From an uncultured Gemmatimonadales bacterium (GTDB lineage: Bacteria; Gemmatimonadota; Gemmatimonadetes; Gemmatimonadales; Gemmatimonadaceae): 64,000 bases of DNA. The DNA lies in contig OY969695.1 of the NCBI GenBank assembly GCA_963701965.1, forward strand, positions 3,008,001 through 3,072,000, written 5' to 3'. Positions 54,048 through 64,000 of the stretch are shown piece by piece. The translations under genes were made by a program, and so were the position numbers. The notes under the pieces are model-generated. The model searched no databases. It saw only the letters and a program-made list of their open reading frames with translations, and was not told the DNA's origin. The first letter of the stretch is position 1. Every line of letters begins with the position of its first letter.

Positions 54048-54812
54048 ACCTCGTTGAACTCGATCACGCGCTCCGCCAACTCCGCCTCTCTGGCATGGCT
54101 GCGGTTCTCGAGACCCGGCTGCACCAAGCCCAGACCGAACGCCTCGCGCCCATCGACCTGCTCTCGGCCCTGGTCAGCGACGAACTCCTCCGCCGCCAGG
54201 ATCGCCTCCTCGAGCGCCGGCACAAGCACGCCCGCTTCCGCGATCCCGACCGCTCGCTCGACACCTTCGACTTCGACTTCAACAAGAAGATGAACCGCGC
54301 CCTCGTCTACGACCTCGCCACCGCCCGCTTCGTCGCCCAGCGGGAGGACGCCCTGTTCGTCGGGCCGCCCGGCAGCGGGCAAGAGCCATCTCGCGCAAGC
54401 GATCGGCCGCGCCGTCATCCATCAAGGCTACCGCGTGCTCTATCGCGAGGCCCACACGCTGCTCGAAGAACTGGCCGACGCCACGCTCGACGGCACGCGC
54501 AAAGCGTACCTCGCCGACCTCGCCACCGTGCCGCTCCTCATCATCGACGATCTCGGCATGCGCAAGCTCCCCCACACGGCGGCTGAGGATCTCCTGGAAC
54601 TCATCATGCGCCGCTACGAACGGGCGTCCACACTGCTCACCTCCAATCGCCCGGTCGAGGACTGGGGCAAGCTGCTCGGTGACACCGCGGCGGTCACCGC
54701 GCTCCTCGATCGGCTCCTCCATCACGCCCACATCCTCAAGTGCGGCCCCCGCAGCTGGCGCACCAAGGTCCAGGGTGACAGCTTGTCCACCGACGCGACC
54801 GGGCTGCGCTAG
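54044..54812 (+). CDS. istB: IS21 helper ATPase IstB, frameshift near 54382
   Basis: GPPGSGK, LLIIDDLG, TSN, LDRL.HH. Confidence 0.88.
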
Positions 54813-55462
54813 CCCACTCACCAGTCTCGGACGCCTCACCGTGGTGGCCGGTTATCAGCTGTCCATCAGTGGCCGGTTATGAAGTGTCCACCGAGGGTGC
54901 ACGCGCGAGTGCGTCGCGCTGGCCGTCGCCGGACGGTTCCGCGGGACCGATGTCGCGCGGCTGCTGACCGAGGCGGGGGAGCGACGCGGCACCCTGCCCC
55001 CGGTCATCCAGTGCGACAACGGGACCGAGTTCACGTCGACCGCGCTCGATCACTGGGCGTACTGGAACCGCGTGCAACTCGACTTCAGTCGGCCGGGCAA
55101 GCCGGTGGACAACAGCGTCTGCGAGGCGTTCAACGGGAGCCTGCGGCGTGAGTGTCTCACGCGTCATTGGTTCGCATCCCTCGCGGAAGCCCGGATCGAG
55201 CTGGAAGCCTGGCTTGAGGACTACAACAACCACCGACCCCATACCAGTTTGGGGTTGAATCCCCCAGCGCGATATTGGAGCGCTGGCAGTCACCACCCTC
55301 GAACCCCGCGCTGACAAACTGACGCGCTAGCTCGGACTCACTTGGGGGACCCAGGCCGCACTCTTCGCCTGGTATGTCTCCAGGGTTACTGGCCTGTCTC
55401 GCAGTGCCCATAATGTTGGATGCATAGCAGTTTAATGTCTTTGTAATACCACCTATAGGACA

Positions 55463-55891
55463 ATGCGCTATATCTCAATCGCTGCGCTCACTAAAAAAAG
55501 GAGCCCATCGATGACCGAGCGATCGTTACGCATCGTCCTATTCGCGCTTATCGCCACAGCATACCGCTGTGAGCCGAACAGGGAGCACGTTGACTTGCCG
55601 TTCGCGTCGCAAGAGATTTGCGCCGCTCAGCCAGTGGAGGTGGATCTGACGATCAACGATCGCCTTTACCTGAATCGCCAGCCGGTTGACAGTGCATCAT
55701 TGTTGCACTGGATTTCGAGTTCCTTGCCGCAGTTCCCGATCGACCGCCGCTACCTATTGATTCGCGTAACGGGTAACGCACGCCGTCAGGAAATAGCCTG
55801 GATTGCATCCGCCGCTGACCGGCAGCATGTCCCGGTGTTGCTCAATGACAGGAATGCAACAACGAGGTGCCAACTTCTTAGTGCGACATGA
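55463..55891 (+). CDS. Hypothetical protein, weak ExbD/TolR periplasmic-domain resemblance
   Basis: V.L.....LYLN..PV, L.IR....A pattern; low GC. Confidence 0.35.
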   Translation: MRYISIAALTKKRSPSMTERSLRIVLFALIATAYRCEPNREHVDLPFASQEICAAQPVEVDLTINDRLYLNRQPVDSASLLHWISSSLPQFPIDRRYLLIRVTGNARRQEIAWIASAADRQHVPVLLNDRNATTRCQLLSAT

Positions 55892-56247
55892 CTCGCCAGA
55901 CTCCAAGCGAGATTCGAGCGGCAGAAAGTCGCGCGACGTCGCCCGCGCTTCGCAGTAAATCGTGTCCGTTGCTGGAAGCGGTGACGTGTTTGTAATGCTC
56001 GATAGCCGGGGGCGGGAGAGCTGCCTGACGTCCCTTGTTTGCACCCTACTTTGAGTGCCAGTCAAGAATCACGGGACTACGCGTTCGCGATTAGATCCAG
56101 CCGACTAGATACGGATCCCAATCTCATTGAGGGTCCGCGTGCGTAGTCCGTCTTGAGCTGGTACCATCGACCGAGTTACGCAACGCTCCACAGATCGAGT
56201 ACTCAACCGCCGACGTCAATGCGGGAGGCATCGAAGAGCCCGAACTG

Positions 56248-56691
56248 ATGCTGACGATTGGCATCGGCTTTCTCCGTTCGCTCGTAGCGGTGTTCTTGCG
56301 GAACGGGCGCGCCTGTCGGCTGGAGGGGTCGGAGTTAGCCGACAGGTCATGGCTTGAGTCATTTCAATGCGACTTTCTCGCTGATCTCCCGGGATGCATG
56401 GAGCGCCTCGCGGCGATGACAAGGTCTTCGGGATCAGACGCCTACCCGATATTGATCTGGGTGATGCCCGTCGACTTTACTTGGCAGATCAATGCCGCCA
56501 TAGCTGAATTTCGGGGCATGCGGACCAGCTGGTCTCTTTGGCGACAGATCATCGATAGCGGTGTGCTTCGTCTGACTGTAAGCGAGTCCACCTGTTCCGT
56601 GGCATTCAGTTGCGAGCAATTCGATCAGTGTCGCCGTTGGATCGAGGAGGCCGTCGAGCACTCGAGTCTCCCTGCGCGGTGGCAGCGGTAG
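56248..56691 (+). CDS. Hypothetical protein or remnant
   Basis: 147-aa ORF without a recognisable motif. Confidence 0.2.
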   Translation: MLTIGIGFLRSLVAVFLRNGRACRLEGSELADRSWLESFQCDFLADLPGCMERLAAMTRSSGSDAYPILIWVMPVDFTWQINAAIAEFRGMRTSWSLWRQIIDSGVLRLTVSESTCSVAFSCEQFDQCRRWIEEAVEHSSLPARWQR

Positions 56692-56795
56692 GGTTGCTGA
56701 AGCGTCGACGACGACATCGACGTGATAGCGTGCCGTACTGGAAAGGGGTGGTGTCACTCGCGGGGCGTGTGGAACTGCTTCACCGTCCGTGCTGC

Positions 56796-57650
56796 CTACC
56801 GGGTAAGCCCCTGGTGTAGCAGGTCCGATTTCGCGAGCATCGCCAGTTGGTCGCCGTCGTGGCTCACGATAACCGCCACGCCTGCCTTGTCGGCGGCGTG
56901 CAGCCACCTGAGCTCCCCGGCAATCGCGCCGCGATCCTCGCGGATGGAATCGGGCTTCTGGGTTTCCGTCTCAATGCCGAAGTGGTGCCAGGCCACATCG
57001 CCCGCTAGGATGACCTCTTTTTCCGATGCGAGCGTCACATAGATGACTTGGGATCCTGGCGTGTGACCGGGCGCCTTGATCAGCACGACGCTGGGCGCAA
57101 TCGGCAGCACGCCCTCGTAGTCGACGACGATATAGCGGTTCACCTTCGCCGAGTCGAGCTTTGAGATGAGCTTGGGCGTCCGGACCAGTGATTCGACCTG
57201 CTGGCGCGTGAGCATCGTGTGCGCCGCCATCTCGTCGGCCACGGCCGACTGCACGACCGTGGCGACGTGGTCGTAGTGCTCGTGCGTGACGACGATCAGG
57301 TTCGCCCCACGTAGGGTCGCCAACATGCTCGTGTAAGCCGAATCAATGAACACGCCCGGGTCTCAGGCGCGTCGCGCCGTCGCGCGATCCATCCCGGCAT
57401 CGACCATGATCCAGCCATGCGGAAAGCGCACCTGGAATACCGGGACCGGGTTAGAGACTTTGGTTTTGGCGGCGTTCTCGACCAAGTCCGACCGCGGAAA
57501 TGCGGCGGTCTCCAGAACGAGGTAGTTGATCGCGGTCGGCAAATCGCCTGGAATCGCATGCGCGACCGCGCGTGCGGCCGCGAGCTGGGCCCCGAGTGGC
57601 TCTGCCAGCGCCAGGACGAGCACGCAGAGCAGGCGCTTCGCAGGCCGGCG
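56796..57650 (-). CDS. MBL-fold metallo-hydrolase, frameshift near 57360
   Basis: VDAGM, THEHYDH, APGHTPGS, LAGD, SHD. Confidence 0.75.
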
Positions 57651-57814
57651 GTGAGTACGCCGTTCTTCGCGAGCATCTTCAGTTGCAGGGATCATCTATC
57701 CTCTTGAGGATTGCGATGCGTGGGGTGTGTTCGTCGGCGAGACCGTTATTCGTTCCCGTTGATCCGGCGGCACGCGCGCATCCGAATCACGGCTTTCTCT
57801 GGTGGCGCCCGTCC

Positions 57815-60309
57815 TTAGTCGACCCGTAACACCTCGGCGGGCGCGACGCGCAATGCCTGGCGCGCCGGCATCCAACTCGCCCCGACCACCGCCGCGACCA
57901 GCAACACAATGATCCCGGCGTAGGTGGCCGGGTCAGACGGGGCAACGTCGTAGAGCAGCGAGCGCAGAACACGCGTCGCCGCGAGTGCTCCCGCAATGCC
58001 CACAATGCCGCCGGCGGCCGCGATGACGACGCCCCGGCCGACCACGAGTTGACCGACCAAGGCGGGGGTCGCGCCAAGCGCGACGCGCACGCCAATCTCA
58101 CGCGTGCGCTGCACGACGGTGAACGCGAGTACGCCGTACACGCCGAGCATCGCGAGCACGAGCGCAACGGTGGCGAACGAGGTGAGCAGTGATGTTCCGA
58201 ACCGGGCTAGTGCCATCGAGTCGCCGACGCGTCGAGCGAGCGGAAGGGCACCGTAGACCGGTGCGTTCGGTGCGACGCCATGGACCACCCGCCGCAGGGA
58301 CGCGACCAGCGCGAGTGGGTCGCCAGCCGTGCGAACCAGCATCGTCACCCGTACGTCCGGCATCTGAAGGTATGAGAAGTAAATGTCGATGCCAGGCACC
58401 GAGTCGGGCGCAGTGTATCGGACGTCGCCGACGACACCGACGACGCGCGCGGTATCGGTGGCAAAGCTGCCGATACCAAGGTTCACGGGTTTCCCGATCG
58501 GGTCTTCGTCTGGCCACAGGCGCCTCGCCGCAGTCTCACCTACGAGCACGACCTTCGGCGCGTTCGCCCGGTCCGCATCAGTGAACGCGCGGTCCCGGAC
58601 GACCGGCACGCGCATCATCAATGGCCAGTTGGCGCTGATCACGTGATCGGTTACGATCCGCCTCTCGGCATCTCGGAGCGGCGGTCGGTCGAGAAGGTGG
58701 ATGGGTGTTCTGCCCAGCCGCCGCTCAGTGGCAGACGGTCCTGGAGTGCGACACCCGCAACCCCAGGGAGGCTGCCAACGGCAGCGAGCACCCGGTCGTA
58801 GTAGCCGGGAAGGAGATCCTCGTTTTTCCCGTCGTGTGCGCCCGGGTACACGGCGTCTTGGAGTGCATCCGGCCGGCCCAACCCCACGGTCAGCACGCCG
58901 CTGGCGTCGAAGTTAAGCGGTACGGCGAGGATGTTGCTCAGACTCCGGATGAGGAGTCCCGAGCCAACGAGCAGCACAATGGCGAGCGCCACTTGCGCCG
59001 ACGCGAGCAGCGCCCGTCCGCGTGCATCGCGTCGCTCCCGAACACCGGGGCGCGGCGTTGAGCGCGTGGCATAGAGCGCGGGGAGCAGCCCAAACAGGAG
59101 GCGCGTGCCTAAGGTGATCGCGGCGGCGAACGCGAGCGCCGTTCCGTCGAACCGGATCTGATCGAAAGACACGAGCTCGAGCGATCGAAGCAAGATCGGT
59201 TTCGCGGTTCGCGTAGGGTCGAGTGCGACGAGGAGCCCTGTGCTCCACCAGGCGAGCGCCGTCCCGGCCGCACCGCCGGTCACGGCGAGCAGCGCACTCT
59301 CCGTGAACAGCTGACCGACCAGACGCCGACGCGGCGCGCCGAGTGCGACACGGATCGCGATCTCTCGTGGCGCCCGGCGGCACGTACCAGCAGCAAATTC
59401 GCGACGTGGCACACGCGATGAGTAAAACGATGCCAACCGCGCCGAAGAGAGCGAGCAGCGCGCGTCGCACCACGGGGTCCACGCGTCTCGCGTCCAGCTC
59501 GCGCGCGACCGCGCCCCAGTGAACGCTCCTCGGTCTCTCCATCGGGAAAGCTTCGTCCACACGCCAGCCCAGTTGGCGTACCTGTTCCTTCGCGAGCTCC
59601 GGCGAGACACTGGGCTTGCGTCGCGCGATCAGTGTGAGGAAGTGCCGGAATGGTTCGCTTGGCGCCTCTGGCCTGGCTCCCATGATCGGCGCCCAGAGTT
59701 GGGCATGCCCAGTCAGTCCGTGAAAGCCCGGAGGCATGACACCGACGATCGTGTACGGCTCGCCACTCAGATTGATCGTGTGGCCGACGACAGCGGAATC
59801 GGCGTCGAAGCGCTGGCGCCAGAGGGCGTCACTGAGCAGCGCGACTTTCGGGCCGTTCGGGACACGCGTCTCATCGGCCGTGAAGTTGCGGCCGAGCGCC
59901 GGACGATGCCAAATGTCGGCAGATAGTGACTGTCCGTCATCTCGGCCTCGAGCGGCCGCGCGGCGTCGCCGCCGAGTAGGACGACCTGCCAATCCGAATA
60001 GAGCGCGACGTCCGAGAAGACGGTCTGCGCATCGCGAAACACGGCGAACTTCGGCAGCGACCAGGCCATGTCATCCATCGCCGGCATCTGATGCACCGGC
60101 GGTATGGTCAGGCTCACGACCGTGAGCCGGTCGGGATCACGGAACGGGAGTCGGCGAAGCAACATCGTGTTGACGGCGCCGAAGATGGCGACGTTCGCGC
60201 CGATGCCAATGGCGAGTGTCAGCACGGCAACGACCGTGAACCCCCGGCGCTTCCGCAGTGCTCGTATCGCAATGCGTAGGTCCTGCACAATGGCGTCGAC
60301 GGTCGACAT
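57815..60309 (-). pseudogene. ADOP-type ABC permease with multiple frameshifts
   Basis: QDLR.A.R.L.K..GF...AVLTLAIGIGAN; REIG.RVALGA; split across four or more ORFs. Confidence 0.85.
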
Positions 60310-60452
60310 CGAAGCTCCTAACTGGCGCAGCTGCGTTGGCGCATAAGATGTGAGACTCGGGTGCGATCCCGATTGCTCACGATAGTGGCATCGCACCTCC
60401 AAATCCAGCAATCCATGATCGCGAAATTCCGGCGGGCGTTCACGAGCGCGAT

Positions 60453-60600
60453 TCACGGCATTTTCCGTCATGTCGAGAGCGAGACTACGGCACCGACGCC
60501 CGTATTCGCCACCAAGTACGGTCTTTTGCAGGTTTTCAGGTAGACAACAGGAAGACTGTTAACCGGGAGATCGCTGGTTCAAATCCAGCCGCCCCAGTTT
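60453..60600 (+). repeat. att junction copy 2: ~100-bp arm plus tRNA-Asn 3'-half duplicate
   Basis: 60556-60600 identical to 40438-40482. Confidence 0.93.
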
Positions 60601-60790
60601 GTAATTCTAACTCCATCAGCGAGTTAGGAGGGCGCAGCTGCCGCGCGAGCACTTGCTCCGTTGTCACATGACAACGGCACCCATTGCGATACCAACGGCA
60701 CCCCGAGCGACTACACTCAGGAACCGCCGCCTCAACATGTCTGATCTCCCGGTTTCCGACCGGGCGATCACTCTGCGCCAACGTTCGCGA

Positions 60791-61336
60791 TCAAGTGGAC
60801 GGCGTTCGAGTCGATGAGTTGCGCGATGACGCCTCTCCGTCCGCATCAAAGCCAATGCGGCGCGAAGGCTCGTCCGGTGGTGATGCCACGAGCTCGCGAA
60901 TCGCATCGAACACAACGGCGAACTGCTGATCGTATCGTGCTCCGAGGTCGTCGAGTCGGCGCGCGAGTTCGACCTGCGTCAGGAGCATCGAGCGAAGTCG
61001 ACCGAACGCTCGCATGATCGCAATGTTCACCTGTACGGCGCGCTCGCTGGTCAGCACGCTCGAAAGCATGGCGACGCCATACTCTGTGAACGCCAGGGGT
61101 GGCTTTCTCACACCCATGCGCTCGCGATTGGATATCACAATCTGTGATTTCCAATCCTCGACCTCGTCCGCCGTGAGCTGGAACATGAAATCGGGCGGAA
61201 AGCGATCAATGTGGCGTCGGACGGCCTGATTTAGAGCTCGTGTCTCGACCTCATATAACACCGCGAGATCTCGATCCAGCATCACCTTCCTGCCGCGGAG
61301 CAAAAAGATCCGTTGCTCGATTGCTGCAGCTGACAC
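60791..61336 (-). CDS. ORF6N domain DNA-binding protein
   Basis: I..LRG.KVMLD.DLA.LY.VET..LNQAV.R...RFP.DFMFQL, AFTE.GVAMLSSVL.S.RA..VNI.IMRAF. Confidence 0.92.
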   Translation of the reverse strand: MSAAAIEQRIFLLRGRKVMLDRDLAVLYEVETRALNQAVRRHIDRFPPDFMFQLTADEVEDWKSQIVISNRERMGVRKPPLAFTEYGVAMLSSVLTSERAVQVNIAIMRAFGRLRSMLLTQVELARRLDDLGARYDQQFAVVFDAIRELVASPPDEPSRRIGFDADGEASSRNSSTRTPST

Positions 61337-61885
61337 GACGATTTGAGATTAGGCTTCTAGCACGGTGTGACATAGGTTGAATGCGTCGCAATGTTTTGTG
61401 CGTGACGGACGACCGTGTTATCGGTCATTCGCCGCGAGCCATCAATGCAGCACAAGCTACTGGACGGCTTTGTGAGTTGAAACGTCAATAATTGAACGTG
61501 GATCAGGACAACTTGTGTGTATCGTCGCCGAGCGCGGGCGCGGCGCGAGGTGCGCCACCTGCGTTGCAGATTATCAATGTACGCGCTCAACGCCCGCGAT
61601 ACCTGGCGGCGCCGCGGCTGGCAGACGTAGGTGTGATGCCCGGTCCGGCGATGGCGAAGCGCCGATTCAGCGCGGCGTAGTTAAGGCCGTGGACCAAAAC
61701 CCATAGCTGGGCTAGCTCGTCGCGTCGGATGCGCCATCGCGCAAGGAACTCTGGTCGCGTCATGAGGTACGTGACGGCACTAGAGGGAGCTCGATCTAGT
61801 GCGCCGACTGGAAGGACCAGGTTGCCTACGCTAAGATCGGGGTGCTGCGAAGCCAGAAGGACTACCAGAAGCGAGGTGACAGCAT

Positions 61886-64000
61886 ATGGACCGACTAGTG
61901 CGGGATGTGCGGGTCGCCTTACGCGGGTTGCGCCGTCAGGCAACGTTCACCGTGACGGCGGTGCTCGTGCTGGGCCTGGGCATTGGCATGGCCACCGCGA
62001 TGTGGGTGGTGTTCAACGCCGCACTCCTACACCGCCTGCCTGTCGGGGATCAGGACCGGATTGTCCTGCCGCGCACGCTGGATCGCGCGGGAACGGACGT
62101 GGCGATGCCCGATCGCGAGCTGGACGAAGCTCGCCGCGAGAGTCGCACGATGCGTGACATGGCCGGCGTCGGAGACTGGGGCGCGTACGATTTCCCCTTT
62201 CTCAACGGCGATCAACCGATCCATCTCGGCCAGGCCGACGTCACCAGCAACTTCTTCAATGTGCTCGGCGTGCGCCCTGTGCTCGGCCGGCTACTGGGTT
62301 CGCAGGACGACAGCGCGTCACGCGTGCTGGTGCTGAGCTACGGAGCCTGGCGGCGCCGGTTCGGTGGCGATCCGTCCATCATCGGCCACCACCTGACGCA
62401 ACCAGGCACGGGATGGACGTTCACGATCGTTGGTGTGGCGCCTCCTGGGCTCGACTTTCCAGCTGGCACAGATTGCTGGACTCCCTTGGAGGCGACCTTC
62501 TATTCGGTCGACATCGTCGCACGGCTGGCGCCCGGCGCTTCGCCCGCGGCGGCGCGTGCCGAGTTCCTGGCGGCCATGGAGCGCATCAGCGCACGTCGCT
62601 CTTCGAGCCTCAACCTTGCCCGAGCCGACATCCGGACATTGCGCACGGCGATCGCCGGAAATGCGCGACCCGCGCTCGTCGTCCTCGCGTCTGCCGCTGG
62701 CCTCCTGTTGCTCATCGCATGCGTGAACGCCGGCAATCTGCTGTTGCTCCGCGCCATGAGACGCACGCGAGAATTGGCCGTGCGGCGCGCGCTGGGCGCA
62801 ACCTACGTGGATGTCATGCGCGAGCTGCTCATCGAGAACATACTCTTGGGCCTGGGCGGCGCCGTTTTCGGGCTCGTCATCGCCGAGATTGCGCGGCGCG
62901 CCTTGATCGCGGCAGCGCCGCCGCAACTTCCGGGACTCGACGTCGTACAGGTGGGCGGGTTGCCTCTGGGGACGGCCGCCAGCGTCACACTCTTGACCGT
63001 GCTCCTGTTCGGGATCGCGCCGGCACTGACGGCCGTGCACCGGAATGCCGTCTCGGCCCTTCGCCTTGACGCCCGGGCAGGCGTCTCGACGCGGCACCAA
63101 CGGCGCACACGTCAACTGCTCGTCGCTTCGCAGGTCGCCCTCGCGCTCATCATGTTGGCGGGCGCGGGGCTCCTCACTAGAAGCCTGCGGCAACTCGAGG
63201 CGGTGCGCTTGGGATACGCGCCCGAGCATCTCGCGTTCGCGGAGCTGACGATCCCCGACAGCCATTGGGACACGGTCTCGCACGGCTTCCCCGTGTACGA
63301 GGCGCTGGCGGCGCGTCTGACTGCGATTCCAGGTGTGAAGTCTGCGACGCCGCTCCTCGGACCACCATTCAGTGACCTCAATGTGTCCGCGGTGTGGGAG
63401 ATCGAAGGACAGTCTCCGGTCCTAGCGGCAGCCAATCCAATGGTCCCGATCGAAATTGGCAACGCGGATTACTTCAGAACATTGGGCATAGCGGTGCTCC
63501 GCGGGCGGGGCTTTCTTGCAACAGACCAGGGCAACGCGCCCCACGTCGCCGTCGTCAGCGAAGCCGCCGCCCGCCTCTTCTGGCCCGGTCAGGATCCGAT
63601 CGGCAAACGGCTGCGGCTCGCACATAGCAAGCAGCCTTGGTGCACGGTCGTCGGTATCGCCGCCGATATCCGCTACCGTTCGCTCTCGGAGGCTGCGCCG
63701 ACCGTATTTCTTTCGTGGCGCCAATCCTACTACTGGCAGGGCCTCGTCGCGTTGCGCACCGCAACGAACGTCGTCGGGTTGGCGCCGGCCATCCGGCGCG
63801 TTGTCGCCGATGTTTATCCAGACGTGACCGTCTGGCGCGTCCAGAGCATGGACGACTACCTCGCACAGCCATTAGCCCGACCGCGCTTGAGCGCGACACT
63901 GCTGTCGGCCTTCGGACTCACCGCTCTGCTTTTGGCAGCGGTAGGACTCTACGGCGTGATGGCGTCCCTGGTCCGCAGCAAACCCGCGATATAGGTGTGC
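61886..64000 (+). CDS. ADOP-type ABC permease, close paralog of 26820-29198; frameshift near 63977, runs off the window
   Basis: Same motif order; the shifted frame gives QQTRDIGV. Confidence 0.88.

Larger units (their letters stand above)
52386..54896 (+). mobile_element. IS21-family element with 5-bp TSD GTGCA
   Basis: IR CCTCGGTGGACA / TGTCCACCGAGG, subterminal CCGGCCAC repeats, TSD at 52381-52385 and 54897-54901. Confidence 0.92.
51956..55314 (+). pseudogene. IS3 transposase OrfB split by IS21 (51956-52385 and 54902-55314)
   Basis: SERRAC, WAMDF, VDVCT|RECVAL, DNGTEF, PGKP.DN..E.FN...R.E. Confidence 0.9.
51594..55360 (+). mobile_element. IS3-family element interrupted by IS21
   Basis: Imperfect IRs TGCGG(G)CCTGGGTCCC..TGAGTCCG at 51594 and CGGACTCA..GGGACCCAGGCCGCA at 55360; no TSD. 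Confidence 0.88.
42534..60600. mobile_element. tRNA-Asn-integrated island 2 (~18 kb, decayed)
   Basis: Flanked by tRNA 3'-half duplicates; integrase remnant at the left end; lower GC; many pseudogenes and IS elements. Confidence 0.85.
60601..64000. mobile_element. Probable third tRNA-Asn-tandem element, extends beyond the window
   Basis: Begins with an arm homologous to 40483-40620 (paired CAACGGCACCC). Confidence 0.65.

Overview
High-GC bacterial chromosome segment. The gene content (HEAT-repeat plus HD-GYP pair, several ADOP-type permeases, zinc-ribbon Ser/Thr kinase, TonB receptor) suggests Gemmatimonadota, but this is inference only. Bases 1-40,300 are densely packed core genes: an S9 peptidase, an FAD-oxidoreductase/Rieske/solA/M20 operon, alkA-nfo, two histidine kinases, a SET protein, an M1 peptidase, fabI, cls, ettA, an anti-sigma factor with a TonB receptor followed by a 60-bp hairpin tandem array, aceB and a second solA. 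Many of these genes look leaderless (TANNNT 5-9 nt before the start codon). A tRNA-Asn(GTT) at 40,407-40,479 anchors a tandem array of at least three integrated elements. They are delimited by copies of the tRNA 3' half (42,489 and 60,556) with conserved flanking arms. The first is a 2-kb integrase-less mini-island. The second is an 18-kb decayed island (integrase, FecR, TA and VirD4 remnants, an orphan Rhs toxin/immunity pair, IS21 nested in IS3 next to an IS110 remnant, and an ADOP permease). The third runs off the window. Scattered single-base frameshifts in otherwise intact genes probably reflect sequencing or assembly error.
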